Below, one piece after another: positions 32,104 to 42,481 of a stretch of DNA of 64,000 nucleotides; position 1 is the stretch's first letter, and every line of letters begins with the position of its first letter. This stretch comes from Andalucia godoyi And28 (lineage: Eukaryota > Protista > Jakobida), in the NCBI GenBank assembly GCA_009859145.1, contig VRVR01000018.1:253688-317687 (forward strand), written 5' to 3'. A program made the position numbers and the translations under genes. The notes beneath the pieces were generated by a model. It ran no database searches, was not told where the DNA came from, and was given only the letters and a program-made list of their open reading frames with translations.

Positions 32104-32832
32104 ATGATTAAGAGCGGTAATCCGCTTTATCGAAACCAGAGCGTCAGTTCCAGAGACATTGAGCTGTCTCCCGCTTCTGACGCTCGACATGGCATTACGG
32201 CACCGGATGGTGATGCACCGCCCACCCACCGCAAGAATCTTCCTCTTGTCCTCTTCATTGTTCTCATGATATGCGAGCTGTACACGTCGTCTGCAATCGG
32301 GTTCCTCGATGTTGTCGACAAGCAAGTCGTGTATATGGTTTACGTGTTCACGACGGTTGTTCGGTGTGCGATCTGGCTTACTTGCTCTATTTATTTGCAG
32401 CGGGACTGGAAAAAGCTTCTCGTCTTGTACTGTCCCATTGACAATCTCTTTCTCACTGCAGCTCTTGCTTCCGTAACGTATGGTTTCCTGAATGTCGGTG
32501 ACAGTCCAGACGGCTGGGTCGTTGCGGCTCTGATTGCATACCCAATCTTGCTGTTCTGCTTAAGCGGGAACTTCCGTGTCATGATGCACGACATGAAGTG
32601 GACCCCACCGCGGCTCATTGCCTACAAACTCAACCGAGCGTACGGGGTCGTTTTTTACCTTGTGATCGGATCCGTCAAGATTCGAAATCCTCCCGAGGAC
32701 TTTGATCTCGACATGTACTTACTGTTTGTGTTCACGACACTGGCGTTTTTGTCAGAACTCTACTTTTTCATTTCGCGCGTCGACGGATCTGAAAATATGA
32801 AGTACAACTACGAGTTTCAGGAAGAGGACTAG
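32104..32832 (+). CDS. Hypothetical multi-pass membrane protein (about 6 TM, 242 aa)
   Basis: ATG at 32104; alternating hydrophobic segments; no family recognised. Confidence 0.7.
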   Translation: MIKSGNPLYRNQSVSSRDIELSPASDARHGITAPDGDAPPTHRKNLPLVLFIVLMICELYTSSAIGFLDVVDKQVVYMVYVFTTVVRCAIWLTCSIYLQRDWKKLLVLYCPIDNLFLTAALASVTYGFLNVGDSPDGWVVAALIAYPILLFCLSGNFRVMMHDMKWTPPRLIAYKLNRAYGVVFYLVIGSVKIRNPPEDFDLDMYLLFVFTTLAFLSELYFFISRVDGSENMKYNYEFQEED

Positions 32833-33060
32833 AGAGAATTCCACAAGGAGTAGTAGTCGTAGTAGTAGTAGTAGAAGAAGAAGAAGAAGAAGAAGACGAC
32901 GACGACGACGATGATGGCACCCATATAAAGCACAACACGAGGAAGACTGGAAAGGTATTTTTATTTTTTAAAAACGCATTTTGGCTTTCATTCATAGAAT
33001 AGTGATCATCAGTGGACAACAACAACGACGACGACGATGACGGACGACGATTGCAGCTTG

Positions 33061-34683
33061 CTACTCACCAATGGAATAGGACTCCACACCAAGAGACGAC
33101 TTTGCACTGAATGCAACCTGTCTTCCCGAATCGACGGCGATGACATCCACAACCTTCAGCGACGACAGCAAGTCCGGGGTGTCAAACGAAACCCGTACTG
33201 GGAAATACGCATCCACAGTCTTTGCACCACCTGATATGGTCAGTTCGACGGAGCCCGTAGAGCCTGCTTCGACGGCAGGCAGCATCCATTCGACAAACGA
33301 GTTTCCATTGTCGTCTCGCGTAACGCGCACTTTCGAATTGACGCCACCCGTATCTTCGGACTGCACGGCTGCGTTGACATTCCCGGCGATTGCCGGAACT
33401 GGGAAAACGACTCGCAGATGGCGGACGGAAGAGAATTTGCGAGCCTCAAACTCAACGGTCGCATCGACCCCGGCTGGCGACGGATTGACCCACACATTGA
33501 CCATGACTGGGAGCGCGTCATCGTCGAGATTGGATGCCTTTTGTCTCCACCGCAGGATCGACAGGGGAGTGTTGACTGGAAATCCACCGCTGGAAGATGC
33601 GTCCTTCATTGCAAGGACCGACGACTCTGCAAAGAGGTCCTTGTTGATCTTGGGATGCGTCTTGAACGCAAACAAGCCCGCTCTTTGAGCATTGGAAAAC
33701 GATGAGATGATCCGCACGTTGGACTTTGCAGGATCAGAAACGGTAACAAACACGTCTCCAGACAGCGAAAACCCCCTCATTCCGCCCGACTTGTCGAGGA
33801 CCACGTGTACCTTTTCTTCAGCAGAAACCACGACCCCCTCCGTCTCCTCTGAGCCGCCTGCAAAGTTTCCAGCTGCCGACGCTGCACCCGAACCAGGAAC
33901 CATCGACGCTCCGCCTGCAGAAGTAGAGCCCGCGATTCCCTCCTCTCTCGCAAGCTGATCCGCCAAATCCACCGTCTTTTTCTTTCCAAGCTGCATTCCT
34001 GTTGATCGCTTCCCTCCAGCACCTCCCGAACTTTTTGAAGATCCATATGCGCTCGAAGAAGACGACGACGACAATGCACCGGACGACGACGACGAGCTGA
34101 CTGCAAAGTGTCCAGACGTGGAGGAGCGGTCGCTTCCCATGGACCTTGGGGCGTGTCCGATAACCTTGTTGGCCTCGATTTCCTTGACTTTTTGCTTCAT
34201 TTCCTCTCTGGCACGAAGCTCCTTGCTTTCTCGGATCAGGTTGGCAAGCTTTTCCTCCTGGGAATCCATTGACAAGAACATTCTGATCTGGTCCACAGAG
34301 AACGACTCGCGGTTTCCACCCTGCACAATTACCTCGTCGAATGCAAAAAGAATCTCAAACGACGCCTTCCTGACTTCGTTCTCTGAAAACCCCTTGCACA
34401 AATCCGGCAAAAGACGTGCCAACAGCCGCAGCGTCTCCAAATCTTCCACAATGTTGGACGATTTGGTCGAAATCACAACCAGATAAAGCCCAGACTCAAG
34501 CGGCTGGTACACATACCGAACAGAGTCCGTCTCAACAAGTGTGTGCGACTTTGGCCCCGTCCCCACGAGCTTCGGAAACGCTGAGAGCAACCCTTCAATT
34601 CGAATCCGCGATGTATCCACATACTGCCGAGAAAGCAGCGGCTTTCCACTTTTGCTCAAAATCGCAGCAGAAATAACAACCAT
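33061..34683 (-). CDS. ARCN1: Coatomer subunit delta
   Basis: Longin domain (LLSRQY...RIEGLLSAFPKL...VETDSVRYVYQP, SNIVEDLETLRLL) plus mu-homology domain (FKTHPKINK, ILRWR). Confidence 0.96.
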   Translation of the reverse strand: MVVISAAILSKSGKPLLSRQYVDTSRIRIEGLLSAFPKLVGTGPKSHTLVETDSVRYVYQPLESGLYLVVISTKSSNIVEDLETLRLLARLLPDLCKGFSENEVRKASFEILFAFDEVIVQGGNRESFSVDQIRMFLSMDSQEEKLANLIRESKELRAREEMKQKVKEIEANKVIGHAPRSMGSDRSSTSGHFAVSSSSSSGALSSSSSSSAYGSSKSSGGAGGKRSTGMQLGKKKTVDLADQLAREEGIAGSTSAGGASMVPGSGAASAAGNFAGGSEETEGVVVSAEEKVHVVLDKSGGMRGFSLSGDVFVTVSDPAKSNVRIISSFSNAQRAGLFAFKTHPKINKDLFAESSVLAMKDASSSGGFPVNTPLSILRWRQKASNLDDDALPVMVNVWVNPSPAGVDATVEFEARKFSSVRHLRVVFPVPAIAGNVNAAVQSEDTGGVNSKVRVTRDDNGNSFVEWMLPAVEAGSTGSVELTISGGAKTVDAYFPVRVSFDTPDLLSSLKVVDVIAVDSGRQVAFSAKSSLGVESYSIGE

Positions 34684-34693
34684 CCTGCACCTC

Positions 34694-34733
<40 letters not shown>

Positions 34734-35061
34734 CCCCCTACACACTCTTCCCCCTCCTCCCTTGCAGCAACGAAAGAAAGAAGAAAAAGTAATATGAGTA
34801 CAGTAATGATTTATGAGTGAAAAAGGAAGGGGGAAAAAAAACTATAAAGAAAAAATACTGATTTAAATTATTCAATTATAAAACCATTAAGACAATAAAA
34901 AAAAGCCCAAATGGACAGCGCTCGAGGCACAAAGTCCTTCCGAGTCTTCCCAAAGTTTCTTGACCCAACCTGAAATCCAAGCATCAATTGAATCCACGTT
35001 TTTCACTTTTTTCAACAGCAAGTGTTCTGTGTCTTCTGTTTTCTTCCAATTCTCTGCACTC

Positions 35062-35564
35062 CGCCTACGTTATACTCCGAGTATGCATATCTACGAATAG
35101 ACATGCATGCTCAATCGTGCATCCCGTTGCCGGGAAGGGGATAGGCCCCAACACGCATCACGGCGCTCTTCAGATAGATGCTCCGCGCTCCGTCCCCAAT
35201 CTCGATCCATCGGTGAGCCACTTTCTCAGCGTGACACGCTGTTCCTGAGAAGGGTGCATTTTGATTCTGACGGCCCTGTATCGAGCGACGTAGGCGTAGG
35301 CGAATGCGTCATCCCAGCGCACCCCCGCCATATTTGAATTAATAAAGCGGAACCAACGAATGATAGAATGATAGATGGCTATGGATGCTGCGTTAAAGAG
35401 CGTCGAAATTGCAGAGCCTGTGTCACCGGCTGAATTTTGGCCGAGCGTGCGTAAGCACGAATGCCTGTGAAAACAAACGTGCCAGTGTCGGCCAGCATCG
35501 ACCGTGTCTGTTCATGTGTACTTTCTTTCTGAATGCATGACAATGACGTGTTATTATTCAACGG
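35062..35564 (-). mobile_element. Non-autonomous Fanzor2 element, deletion derivative 2; N-terminal remnant joined to the C-terminal RuvC-III remnant and right end
   Basis: Left about 215 bp and right about 160 bp are homologous to 4138-4665. ATG 35331 gives MAGVRWDDAFAYAYVARYRAVRIKMHPSQEQRVTLRKW (TnpB OrfB N-terminal pattern), joined to MDRDW(+1)DGARSIYLK. Ends TAACGTAGGCG. Confidence 0.88.
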
Positions 35565-35657
35565 TCGAAACGTCCCGGACACCTTTCTAATACGACCCGG
35601 TCTACCGGCATTTGCACCAAGAGCAACAGAGGTTGAGGAAGGAAGAGGAAGGGTGGG

Positions 35658-36335
35658 ATGAGTGGGTACTACGGATCTGCGTCGATTTCCGCGAGTGCGA
35701 TTCAGGCATCTGTGAGTCATGTTCAGGGTGTGATGGATCAGTTGCAGGCTCGCATCCGTGAATTGGAAACGGAGAATTCGGCGCTGAGGTCGGAAAACCG
35801 GGCGCTGAATGATGGTCTTGAGTATGTGCTTTTACAGGTGAAGAAAGGCCAGACGATCCAGCCTTCTGCCCTGCGACATCTCCAGACAGTGAACCACGAC
35901 CAATTGCAAAACCCTGTTGATGTTGGCTTCTCAAGGTTCACCCAAGGGTCGTTGTCTACTCCTACTGCCAACACCACCAGTAGTTATTCCACTGACCGAA
36001 GGCCGTTGCACGCATCTGCCGAGATGAAGTTCGTCGGGTCCGGCAGTGCGAGTGTTGGTACTGGCGAGAGCAGTCCAGTGAAGCGGTCTCCTGCAAGCGC
36101 GAGTGGTACTGGTGGGCCTGCAGAGAAGGACGATCTCTACCAGTTTGTCATGCGGTGCAAAAACGTGCTTGGGGCCGACGAGTTTCTCAGATTTTCAAGT
36201 GCTGTGCATGATTTTCATAATGGACAAGTGTCGGCGGCTGGAACTATGCAGGCACTCCAGGAAATCATGGGTGACGACATGCCCTTTCTGATGAAGCATG
36301 CCATCAAAGTCATGGCCCTGGACCAACAGCAATAG
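35658..36335 (+). CDS. Coiled-coil protein with a C-terminal PAH-like helical domain (At4g15545-like)
   Basis: LQARIRELETENSALRSENRAL coiled coil; FVMRCKNVLGADEFLRFSSAVHDFHNGQ...LQEIMG. Confidence 0.7.
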   Translation: MSGYYGSASISASAIQASVSHVQGVMDQLQARIRELETENSALRSENRALNDGLEYVLLQVKKGQTIQPSALRHLQTVNHDQLQNPVDVGFSRFTQGSLSTPTANTTSSYSTDRRPLHASAEMKFVGSGSASVGTGESSPVKRSPASASGTGGPAEKDDLYQFVMRCKNVLGADEFLRFSSAVHDFHNGQVSAAGTMQALQEIMGDDMPFLMKHAIKVMALDQQQ

Positions 36336-36554
36336 TTTCATTTTACTGTCTTCTTCTTTGCTTCCATCCGCGTGTACATTCTTCATCTTTACCTGTTGTT
36401 TCCTCGTTTCATTATTAAAAACTTCTACATGAAAATTTTGCAATTTGTCCGTTTGTAGCATTGTCTGTTAATTGGTTGGCTCATTGCCTTGCAGAAGGGT
36501 TACGTGACGCTGCACTGCATTTGCAAGCCTGTGTACATGGCATTATCTTTGTTC

Positions 36555-37356
36555 TTATAGGGAGAACGTATTGAGAGTGAACACGCGATCGACATTGACG
36601 ACTGTTTGAAACTCTTCAAACTTGATGGTTGTTTGCGACGCCGACAGTTCATGGATGCATTCGCGCGCCACAACATCGAGCTCTCGCTGGGGAATTGTAC
36701 CAGCGACAATCTCGGTGAGAATTGTCCGAATGTCTGTCTCCGAAACCTCTCCGTCTCCATCAAAATCGTAAAACATGAAGCTGAACCGCATCTTGTCCGC
36801 CACCGACGCAAGCTTTGAAAACGTTCGAAACGCATACACCACGTCCGGGAACATTAGTCGGTCGCGCAACGCAAGCTTTGGGTTCATCGACAATAGCACA
36901 GCTGCAACGTGTTTGCGAAGCGGATTGTATCGAAGACACTCAAGCAAGTACAGCTCCGACGCAAGTATGTACTGCGTGTGTATCTCGTCCTCAGGCGTAC
37001 TCTTCCGTTCTCGCCTCTTCTCCACTCCCGCGTCACTTCGTACTCCCCCACCACCCACCACCCCCACCACCACCACCATCAGCAGCATCATCATCAGCAG
37101 CATCATCATCACTCTTTGAACTTGTACCAGTACTCGTACTTGTCCCTGTTCGTATGCAGGCTCTTTGAACAGATCGGCAAGCCGTGTCTGAATCTTCAGT
37201 CTGCGCACTATGAGATAAAGCAACGTCCTTAAACTGCTTCCATAGCACACACAGTTCTTTTTCGTCGAACCCAGTCTTCATTATCATTTCATCAGTTATT
37301 TCTGCACTTGCTGGAATACCCGCCACTGCTGGCGAGCGAGACAGCCAGCTGCCCAT
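36555..37356 (-). CDS. Calcineurin B/CHP-like EF-hand protein, split across two frames near 37040-37140
   Basis: 5' frame: MGSW (myristoylation-type start) and TGFDEKELCVLWKQFK. 3' frame: NPLR, DKMRFSFMFYDFDGDGEVSETDI and IKFEEFQTVV. Needs a frameshift or an intron. Confidence 0.75.
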
Positions 37357-37607
37357 GTCTTCCTTTCCGCTGCGCACTGCTTTTTGTTTCTTTTTCTCAA
37401 ATTATTTTCTCCAGACTCTTTCGTTGTGGACGCCTCTCTATCCAGCGTCGAAATCTCCATTCTCTCTGGACTTTGATTTCGCCCGAGTCTTGTCTGATGA
37501 GGTCCTAAGAAAGTCTTTAGAGTTGCCTGGCAAAGAAACTGCCGTAACAGTTCGCGTCAAACAGCTGTAATCGAAGGACGCAGCGAGACTGCTCCCAACA
37601 ACAACAA

Positions 37608-37655
<48 letters not shown>
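37608..37655. repeat. (ATA)n microsatellite upstream of the SDR gene
   Basis: Seen directly in the sequence. Confidence 0.9.
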
Positions 37656-37657
<2 letters not shown>

Positions 37658-37694
37658 TGATGAAAGAAGCATAGTCGCGACTGAGCGAGGAGGG

Positions 37695-38930
37695 ATGGTG
37701 GATGCGATCAAGATGGTGCTGTGCATCGTACTGCACGTCCTTCGAGCTGTTCTGTATGTCGTGCTTCGGCCGGCTGTGCTTCTTGCTCGGCGACTGACTC
37801 CGCTGGAGCATTTGCTGACAGCAGCTGTTGCACGGACTTCGGATAAACGGGTTCTTATTACAGGCGCAGGTTCTGGAATTGGCCGGCTGATGGCACAGAA
37901 GTTCCTGGACTGCGGAGCGAGTGTCGTTGCATGGGATGTGTCGTTTCCCCAGTCGTACATTTCTCATCCAAAGTTGGCGACGGCGGTTGTTGATGTGACA
38001 AACAGGGCGCGTGTTGCAGAGGCTGCTGCGTCCGTGTTCGAGGCTGGGTCCATTGACGTTCTTTTCCAAAATGCAGGAATTGTGTTTGGAAAGCCGTTTG
38101 TGGATGCGCAGTCTGTTCAAAATGCTCTGCTGTCCGAACAGACCGTCGTCAGCACTGACGCCCAGGATCGTGCATGCGAAAAGGTCATGAATGTGAACTC
38201 TGTTGCGCATTTCTGGTCCACGCGAACGTTTCTTCCTCGGATGGTTGCGTCTTCGTTTGCAAATGCTTCCGTCTCCAAGAACCCGTCTGCCGACCCAGTG
38301 CAGTTTCTGAATGCTCTGCGCCACAATTCTGCGGCTGTGCTCACTGCAAAGCCGAAGACGGTCGTTTCGGTTGTGTCGGCTGCATCGTCCGTCGGCGTTC
38401 CGGGACTTGCTGATTACTGCGCCTCGAAATGGGCGGCGGCGGGATTTGCAGAATCGATTCGTGGGGAATTGAAGAATGTCGGCACTCCTGCTGCGCATGT
38501 GGGAACTGTCATTGTGAATCCATACTACATCAACACGGGGATGTTCGCGGGTGTTCAAACTCGGTTTTCTTGGCTGCTTCCCATTCTGGAGCCACAGTAC
38601 GTTGTGGAGCAAGTGCTGCGATCCGTGTGTGAAAATCTGCTTGATTCGCAAGGTTTTGGCATGGGCTTCTGTATCGGGACTCCGGCATTCTCTCTTTTTG
38701 ATCTGTTGATTGGCACCCCGATTTCCGCATTTCTCGGAAAATCCCTGACAGCGATCCAGGGTGCGCCTTGGGTGATGAGAAGAGATGACGTGCTTAATAT
38801 GCCTTGGATCGTCAATGTTGTGCCGATCGCGAGACTGCTTCCGGTGTCGCTGGCGGATGCGCTCGCAGACTTCCTTGGAATCAACCGTTCCATGGACCAC
38901 TTCACCGGCCGCAAGGAGAAGTCCACTTGA
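37695..38930 (+). CDS. Short-chain dehydrogenase/reductase (RDH10/17-beta-HSD11-like)
   Basis: N-terminal TM anchor, VLITGAGSGIG, NAGIV, YCASK (YxxxK) and YINTGMF. Confidence 0.93.
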   Translation: MVDAIKMVLCIVLHVLRAVLYVVLRPAVLLARRLTPLEHLLTAAVARTSDKRVLITGAGSGIGRLMAQKFLDCGASVVAWDVSFPQSYISHPKLATAVVDVTNRARVAEAAASVFEAGSIDVLFQNAGIVFGKPFVDAQSVQNALLSEQTVVSTDAQDRACEKVMNVNSVAHFWSTRTFLPRMVASSFANASVSKNPSADPVQFLNALRHNSAAVLTAKPKTVVSVVSAASSVGVPGLADYCASKWAAAGFAESIRGELKNVGTPAAHVGTVIVNPYYINTGMFAGVQTRFSWLLPILEPQYVVEQVLRSVCENLLDSQGFGMGFCIGTPAFSLFDLLIGTPISAFLGKSLTAIQGAPWVMRRDDVLNMPWIVNVVPIARLLPVSLADALADFLGINRSMDHFTGRKEKST

Positions 38931-39139
38931 TGGGTTTCCGAGTCGCTATTCTCTCACTCACTATCACTCTCCCACTTGCACTCGCGCGCGTGCGCGCGTG
39001 TATGTGTGTGTGTGTGTGCAATGTTTACTTCTTCCTATGACTTCTATTGTCAGCGTTTTTTGGATTTTTTTGTTTTGTTTTTGGAATTAAACTATCTTTC
39101 TTTTCTTGGGTCCTGCTTGTTCCAAAGAAGAGGCTGGAT

Positions 39140-42100
39140 TCAGGCAACAGTCAGACACCAGCGCTTCTCAAACGTCACCGACACCCCTCTTTCTGAATTC
39201 ACACACACTATCTTCATTCCATCCTCGTCTTCCTCTGCGACCCCTCGCAATGAAAACGTGTTTGCATCCGATTGGCAGTAATAGACTTCGAATCCTTGGG
39301 CATCAGCAAGCAGCGATCCTTCAATTTCTGGCGATTCTCTCTGCTGTTTGGACGAAAAGTTTCCACTTGGGTCAAAGTGGAGGATGACATGGAAGACAAA
39401 GTCCTGCGCTCCAGACTGGGACACGGTCACATGCCACATTCCACTTCGCTGGCGATATCTTGATCGAGCCGGATCGAACGCAGGATGCAACTGCAAGAAT
39501 CGTTCGTTGGAAATGTTCAAAGTTTTCCCAATGTCCTTTGCACCCGGCCACTGTAGGGTCCATTGAGCGTGGGCGACGTTGCTTCCAAAAGCAGGAAACC
39601 AGTCTACATCCGAGGGTGATCGCTCCAGGGATGCATGGAGGGGAAACAAGTCTTTAACGCCCATCAGGAACCCATTCAACGTAAACAGCACTTTGCGCTC
39701 CCCTCGATCCAGCGCCACGCCAATGCAATCACCGTTCTCCGCCTTGGGCCATCCGCTCAACGAATAGTTGTTTTCCGAGTCGTAGCCGCTCAGATAGGCG
39801 CCATCCGACACCGAGTACGACAATGAAAAGCCATCCCAGCCTGGCAAAGACTCGCAGTCCACATCGGAACTCACGAGCCCTATAAAGAGGGGAAGCTTGT
39901 TGGTTGTCGAAGCTTGAGCAGGGGCCAAATCCACGGTTGCCTCGAAGAAATACAAACCAATGCTTTTGGGAACAGGCAGATCTCCGCGAATTGTCGTTGG
40001 CTGACTGGACAAGTACCGCACGGACGATCTGGTACGCAACAGGCTGCCATTGACTGCTTCATTGCAAATCTGCACACACGCCTTTTCATTTTCGGCCAAA
40101 CAATCCTGTTCGTCTTCCAGGCCGTCCCGAACAACCAGTTTTGCGGGAAGTGGGACCGTGCAGTCCAGCAACACAGCAATCTTGGGTGCTGGCACTGTAA
40201 TGTACTGATATCGCTTGTCATTTTCGTCTCGAGTAAGCTGAAAGTAGTACTTCATAATGTGACCGAGAGCAGACTTTCCATTCCCAAACGCGACGGAGAA
40301 GGAGAACGTCATGTCGACAACACCGGTGGAAGGATCCACGACGCAAGCATTTCGTGCGAGTAGATCGATCTCCTCGAGCGTGGAAGGCGGCCAAAACTTG
40401 GCAATATGACTCTGGTCCTGCAGGAATTTACAATGCCGAAACACCTTGCGGTACGTCATTGGAACGTACGCTCTGACCGAAACGCGCATTGGCTGTTGCA
40501 GATCGTCGCAGCGAATGGACGTCCCAACACTTGAATTCGCCGCAGTGCCGACAGACGACGACGACGACGACGATGATGATGCAGTCGACTGGGAAATGTC
40601 GTAAACTTTCAACGAGGTTGCGCAAAGATAGTCTTCTGAGAGTGCGGATGCTTCGGACGAAAGCATGGAATCCGCGAGCTTGGAGATGTGCCGATCGTCC
40701 AGAACAACAGAGAGCCAAGGCTCATCGACGACCTCGATGATTCCGCACTTTCCGACATACGACACGACATTTGGATTCCTCCCCGAGCGCATTGCCAATC
40801 TCAACGCATAGAACCCGGTATTCTTGATGCTGAACCTCGCAAAAGAGCCGAGCCGCATGTCAAACACCTCCTGAGCGTGCGCATCGTCCACTTCGAACGA
40901 CTTGTGAAACCGGCTTATCGGATGAAGCGGAAAATCAGCACATGGCTTCACAGGGATCGAATCCCATTCTACGTGGTCAAATCCTGCTGCAAACACATGT
41001 TCTGCATCAGCCGGTTTGAGGTCAAATCGCACAAGACAAACAGCGTCCAGTTCAGCAGTGCTGCCAAATGCAGAGGACCACCACAAATTGAACACGGCCA
41101 TGAGCGGCTCGTGGCGGTTCACCCGCCATCTTCTCAAGCCACCGCCATCTCCTCCAGCTCCCATGCTCATGAAGGACTGCGCAATACTAGATTCTGAACA
41201 CAATGCATACTCGTATCCTCTGTGGAACGACAAGCTCTGCTCTGCGATCCACTCCAACATCGTGCGAAACACGGATGTTCCAGAACGTGTGTCCTTGAAC
41301 TTTTGCTGTAAATCAAACACTGAGATGGTGTCTGATCCTCCATCGCTCCATCCTCTTTCAGCAGACGACGTCACATATAAAGCCGCGAGCCTTCGAAGCA
41401 AAATGCATGGATCTGAGGCATGATCCGCCAAACCGGCCACACGACTGGCACATCCCGCGTCGCTTTCGCTTCCACGACCATCTTCGCCTTCGCCTTCGCC
41501 ACCGCAGTTCGCATCGTGGTCAGTTGGGTGAAAGGCATGCTCAAACACACACTCTCCAAACTCTTCCTTGGAGACGCGTGCCTTGTCCCTGCCGATTTTG
41601 CGTCTCCAGAACATCCGAAGTTCCTGGTTTGTCATTTCCGACGATGAATCAAACGTCGATTCAAGGCTTTCCTTTTGGACGCAGAACGATGCAACGCTGA
41701 TCGCGCTCTGCAGGATCGAAATGTGATCCTTGAGCGCCACTTCATGGTCGTCCATCTCGCCTTTCAGCGCATTCTGCTTCCGAATTTTCCACGGAGTACA
41801 GAACAACCACGCGAGACGAGGCTGTCGAATCTGCCGCAGCGTCTCTGAGATACTTGCCAAAAGCTCCACAATCAGCTGCACTGTACACTCGAGACCAAAC
41901 ATGGTCGTTTGCAACTGCGACAGCGTCTCATTGTTCTGCGCAATGTACTGCTTCAGCATCTCGGCAGGTCGATCTGCTGCCTTCGGTTCCGGCGCAATCT
42001 GGCTCTTTTTCGGCACTCTTTGCACCATTTCCGATTGCCCATCATCCTTCATTGTAGCAGGAAGAGCCGTACTTGTATTTGCAGCAGGGGCAGCAGTCGT

Positions 42101-42397
42101 CTGTTGTTGTCGACGCAGTCTGAATCGTAAAAGACTGTTACGTGGTTCACGATTTTTTTTCAAGCGAGGTTCTTTAGCAGAAGCAGAAGTAGCAGCAGAA
42201 GCAGAGGAAGACGAAGAAAGAACCTTTGCAATGACAGTCCGGCTTCGTTCGTCTCGAGGAATCATAAAGACCACCAGCTCAAGCGAATTCAGAGTGTTGC
42301 GGACTCGACGTGATTGCTCATATGCATCGTTTGCTTCATCCAAAGCAGCCTTTGCAGCAGCGAGTGCACTGAACAACGTGGATGCAATCGAGTCCAT
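39140..42397 (-). CDS. 1,085-aa protein with an N-terminal helical bundle, an EF-hand-like segment and a C-terminal SPRY domain
   Basis: SPRY: YFFEATV...FIGLV...LPGWDGFSLSY..DG...GDCIGVALD..RKVLFTLNG...WFPAFG. N-terminal assignments are tentative. Confidence 0.75.
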   Translation of the reverse strand: MDSIASTLFSALAAAKAALDEANDAYEQSRRVRNTLNSLELVVFMIPRDERSRTVIAKVLSSSSSASAATSASAKEPRLKKNREPRNSLLRFRLRRQQQTTAAPAANTSTALPATMKDDGQSEMVQRVPKKSQIAPEPKAADRPAEMLKQYIAQNNETLSQLQTTMFGLECTVQLIVELLASISETLRQIRQPRLAWLFCTPWKIRKQNALKGEMDDHEVALKDHISILQSAISVASFCVQKESLESTFDSSSEMTNQELRMFWRRKIGRDKARVSKEEFGECVFEHAFHPTDHDANCGGEGEGEDGRGSESDAGCASRVAGLADHASDPCILLRRLAALYVTSSAERGWSDGGSDTISVFDLQQKFKDTRSGTSVFRTMLEWIAEQSLSFHRGYEYALCSESSIAQSFMSMGAGGDGGGLRRWRVNRHEPLMAVFNLWWSSAFGSTAELDAVCLVRFDLKPADAEHVFAAGFDHVEWDSIPVKPCADFPLHPISRFHKSFEVDDAHAQEVFDMRLGSFARFSIKNTGFYALRLAMRSGRNPNVVSYVGKCGIIEVVDEPWLSVVLDDRHISKLADSMLSSEASALSEDYLCATSLKVYDISQSTASSSSSSSSSVGTAANSSVGTSIRCDDLQQPMRVSVRAYVPMTYRKVFRHCKFLQDQSHIAKFWPPSTLEEIDLLARNACVVDPSTGVVDMTFSFSVAFGNGKSALGHIMKYYFQLTRDENDKRYQYITVPAPKIAVLLDCTVPLPAKLVVRDGLEDEQDCLAENEKACVQICNEAVNGSLLRTRSSVRYLSSQPTTIRGDLPVPKSIGLYFFEATVDLAPAQASTTNKLPLFIGLVSSDVDCESLPGWDGFSLSYSVSDGAYLSGYDSENNYSLSGWPKAENGDCIGVALDRGERKVLFTLNGFLMGVKDLFPLHASLERSPSDVDWFPAFGSNVAHAQWTLQWPGAKDIGKTLNISNERFLQLHPAFDPARSRYRQRSGMWHVTVSQSGAQDFVFHVILHFDPSGNFSSKQQRESPEIEGSLLADAQGFEVYYCQSDANTFSLRGVAEEDEDGMKIVCVNSERGVSVTFEKRWCLTVA

Positions 42398-42430
42398 TCT
42401 CTATGCTCGCCACAAAAACACCGAAAAAGA

Positions 42431-42431
<1 letters not shown>

Positions 42432-42479
<48 letters not shown>
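42432..42479. repeat. (AAC)16 microsatellite in the 5' region of the SPRY gene
   Basis: Seen directly in the sequence. Confidence 0.9.

Positions 42480-42481
<2 letters not shown>

Noticed and set aside
35289-35302. CGTAGGCGTAGGCG on the plus strand
   Set aside because: It is the antisense of the Fanzor N-terminal codons (AYAYV), not an element end.
37557-38900. 447-aa antisense ORF
   Set aside because: Shadow of the SDR gene; long antisense frames are common in this family and it has no motifs of its own.
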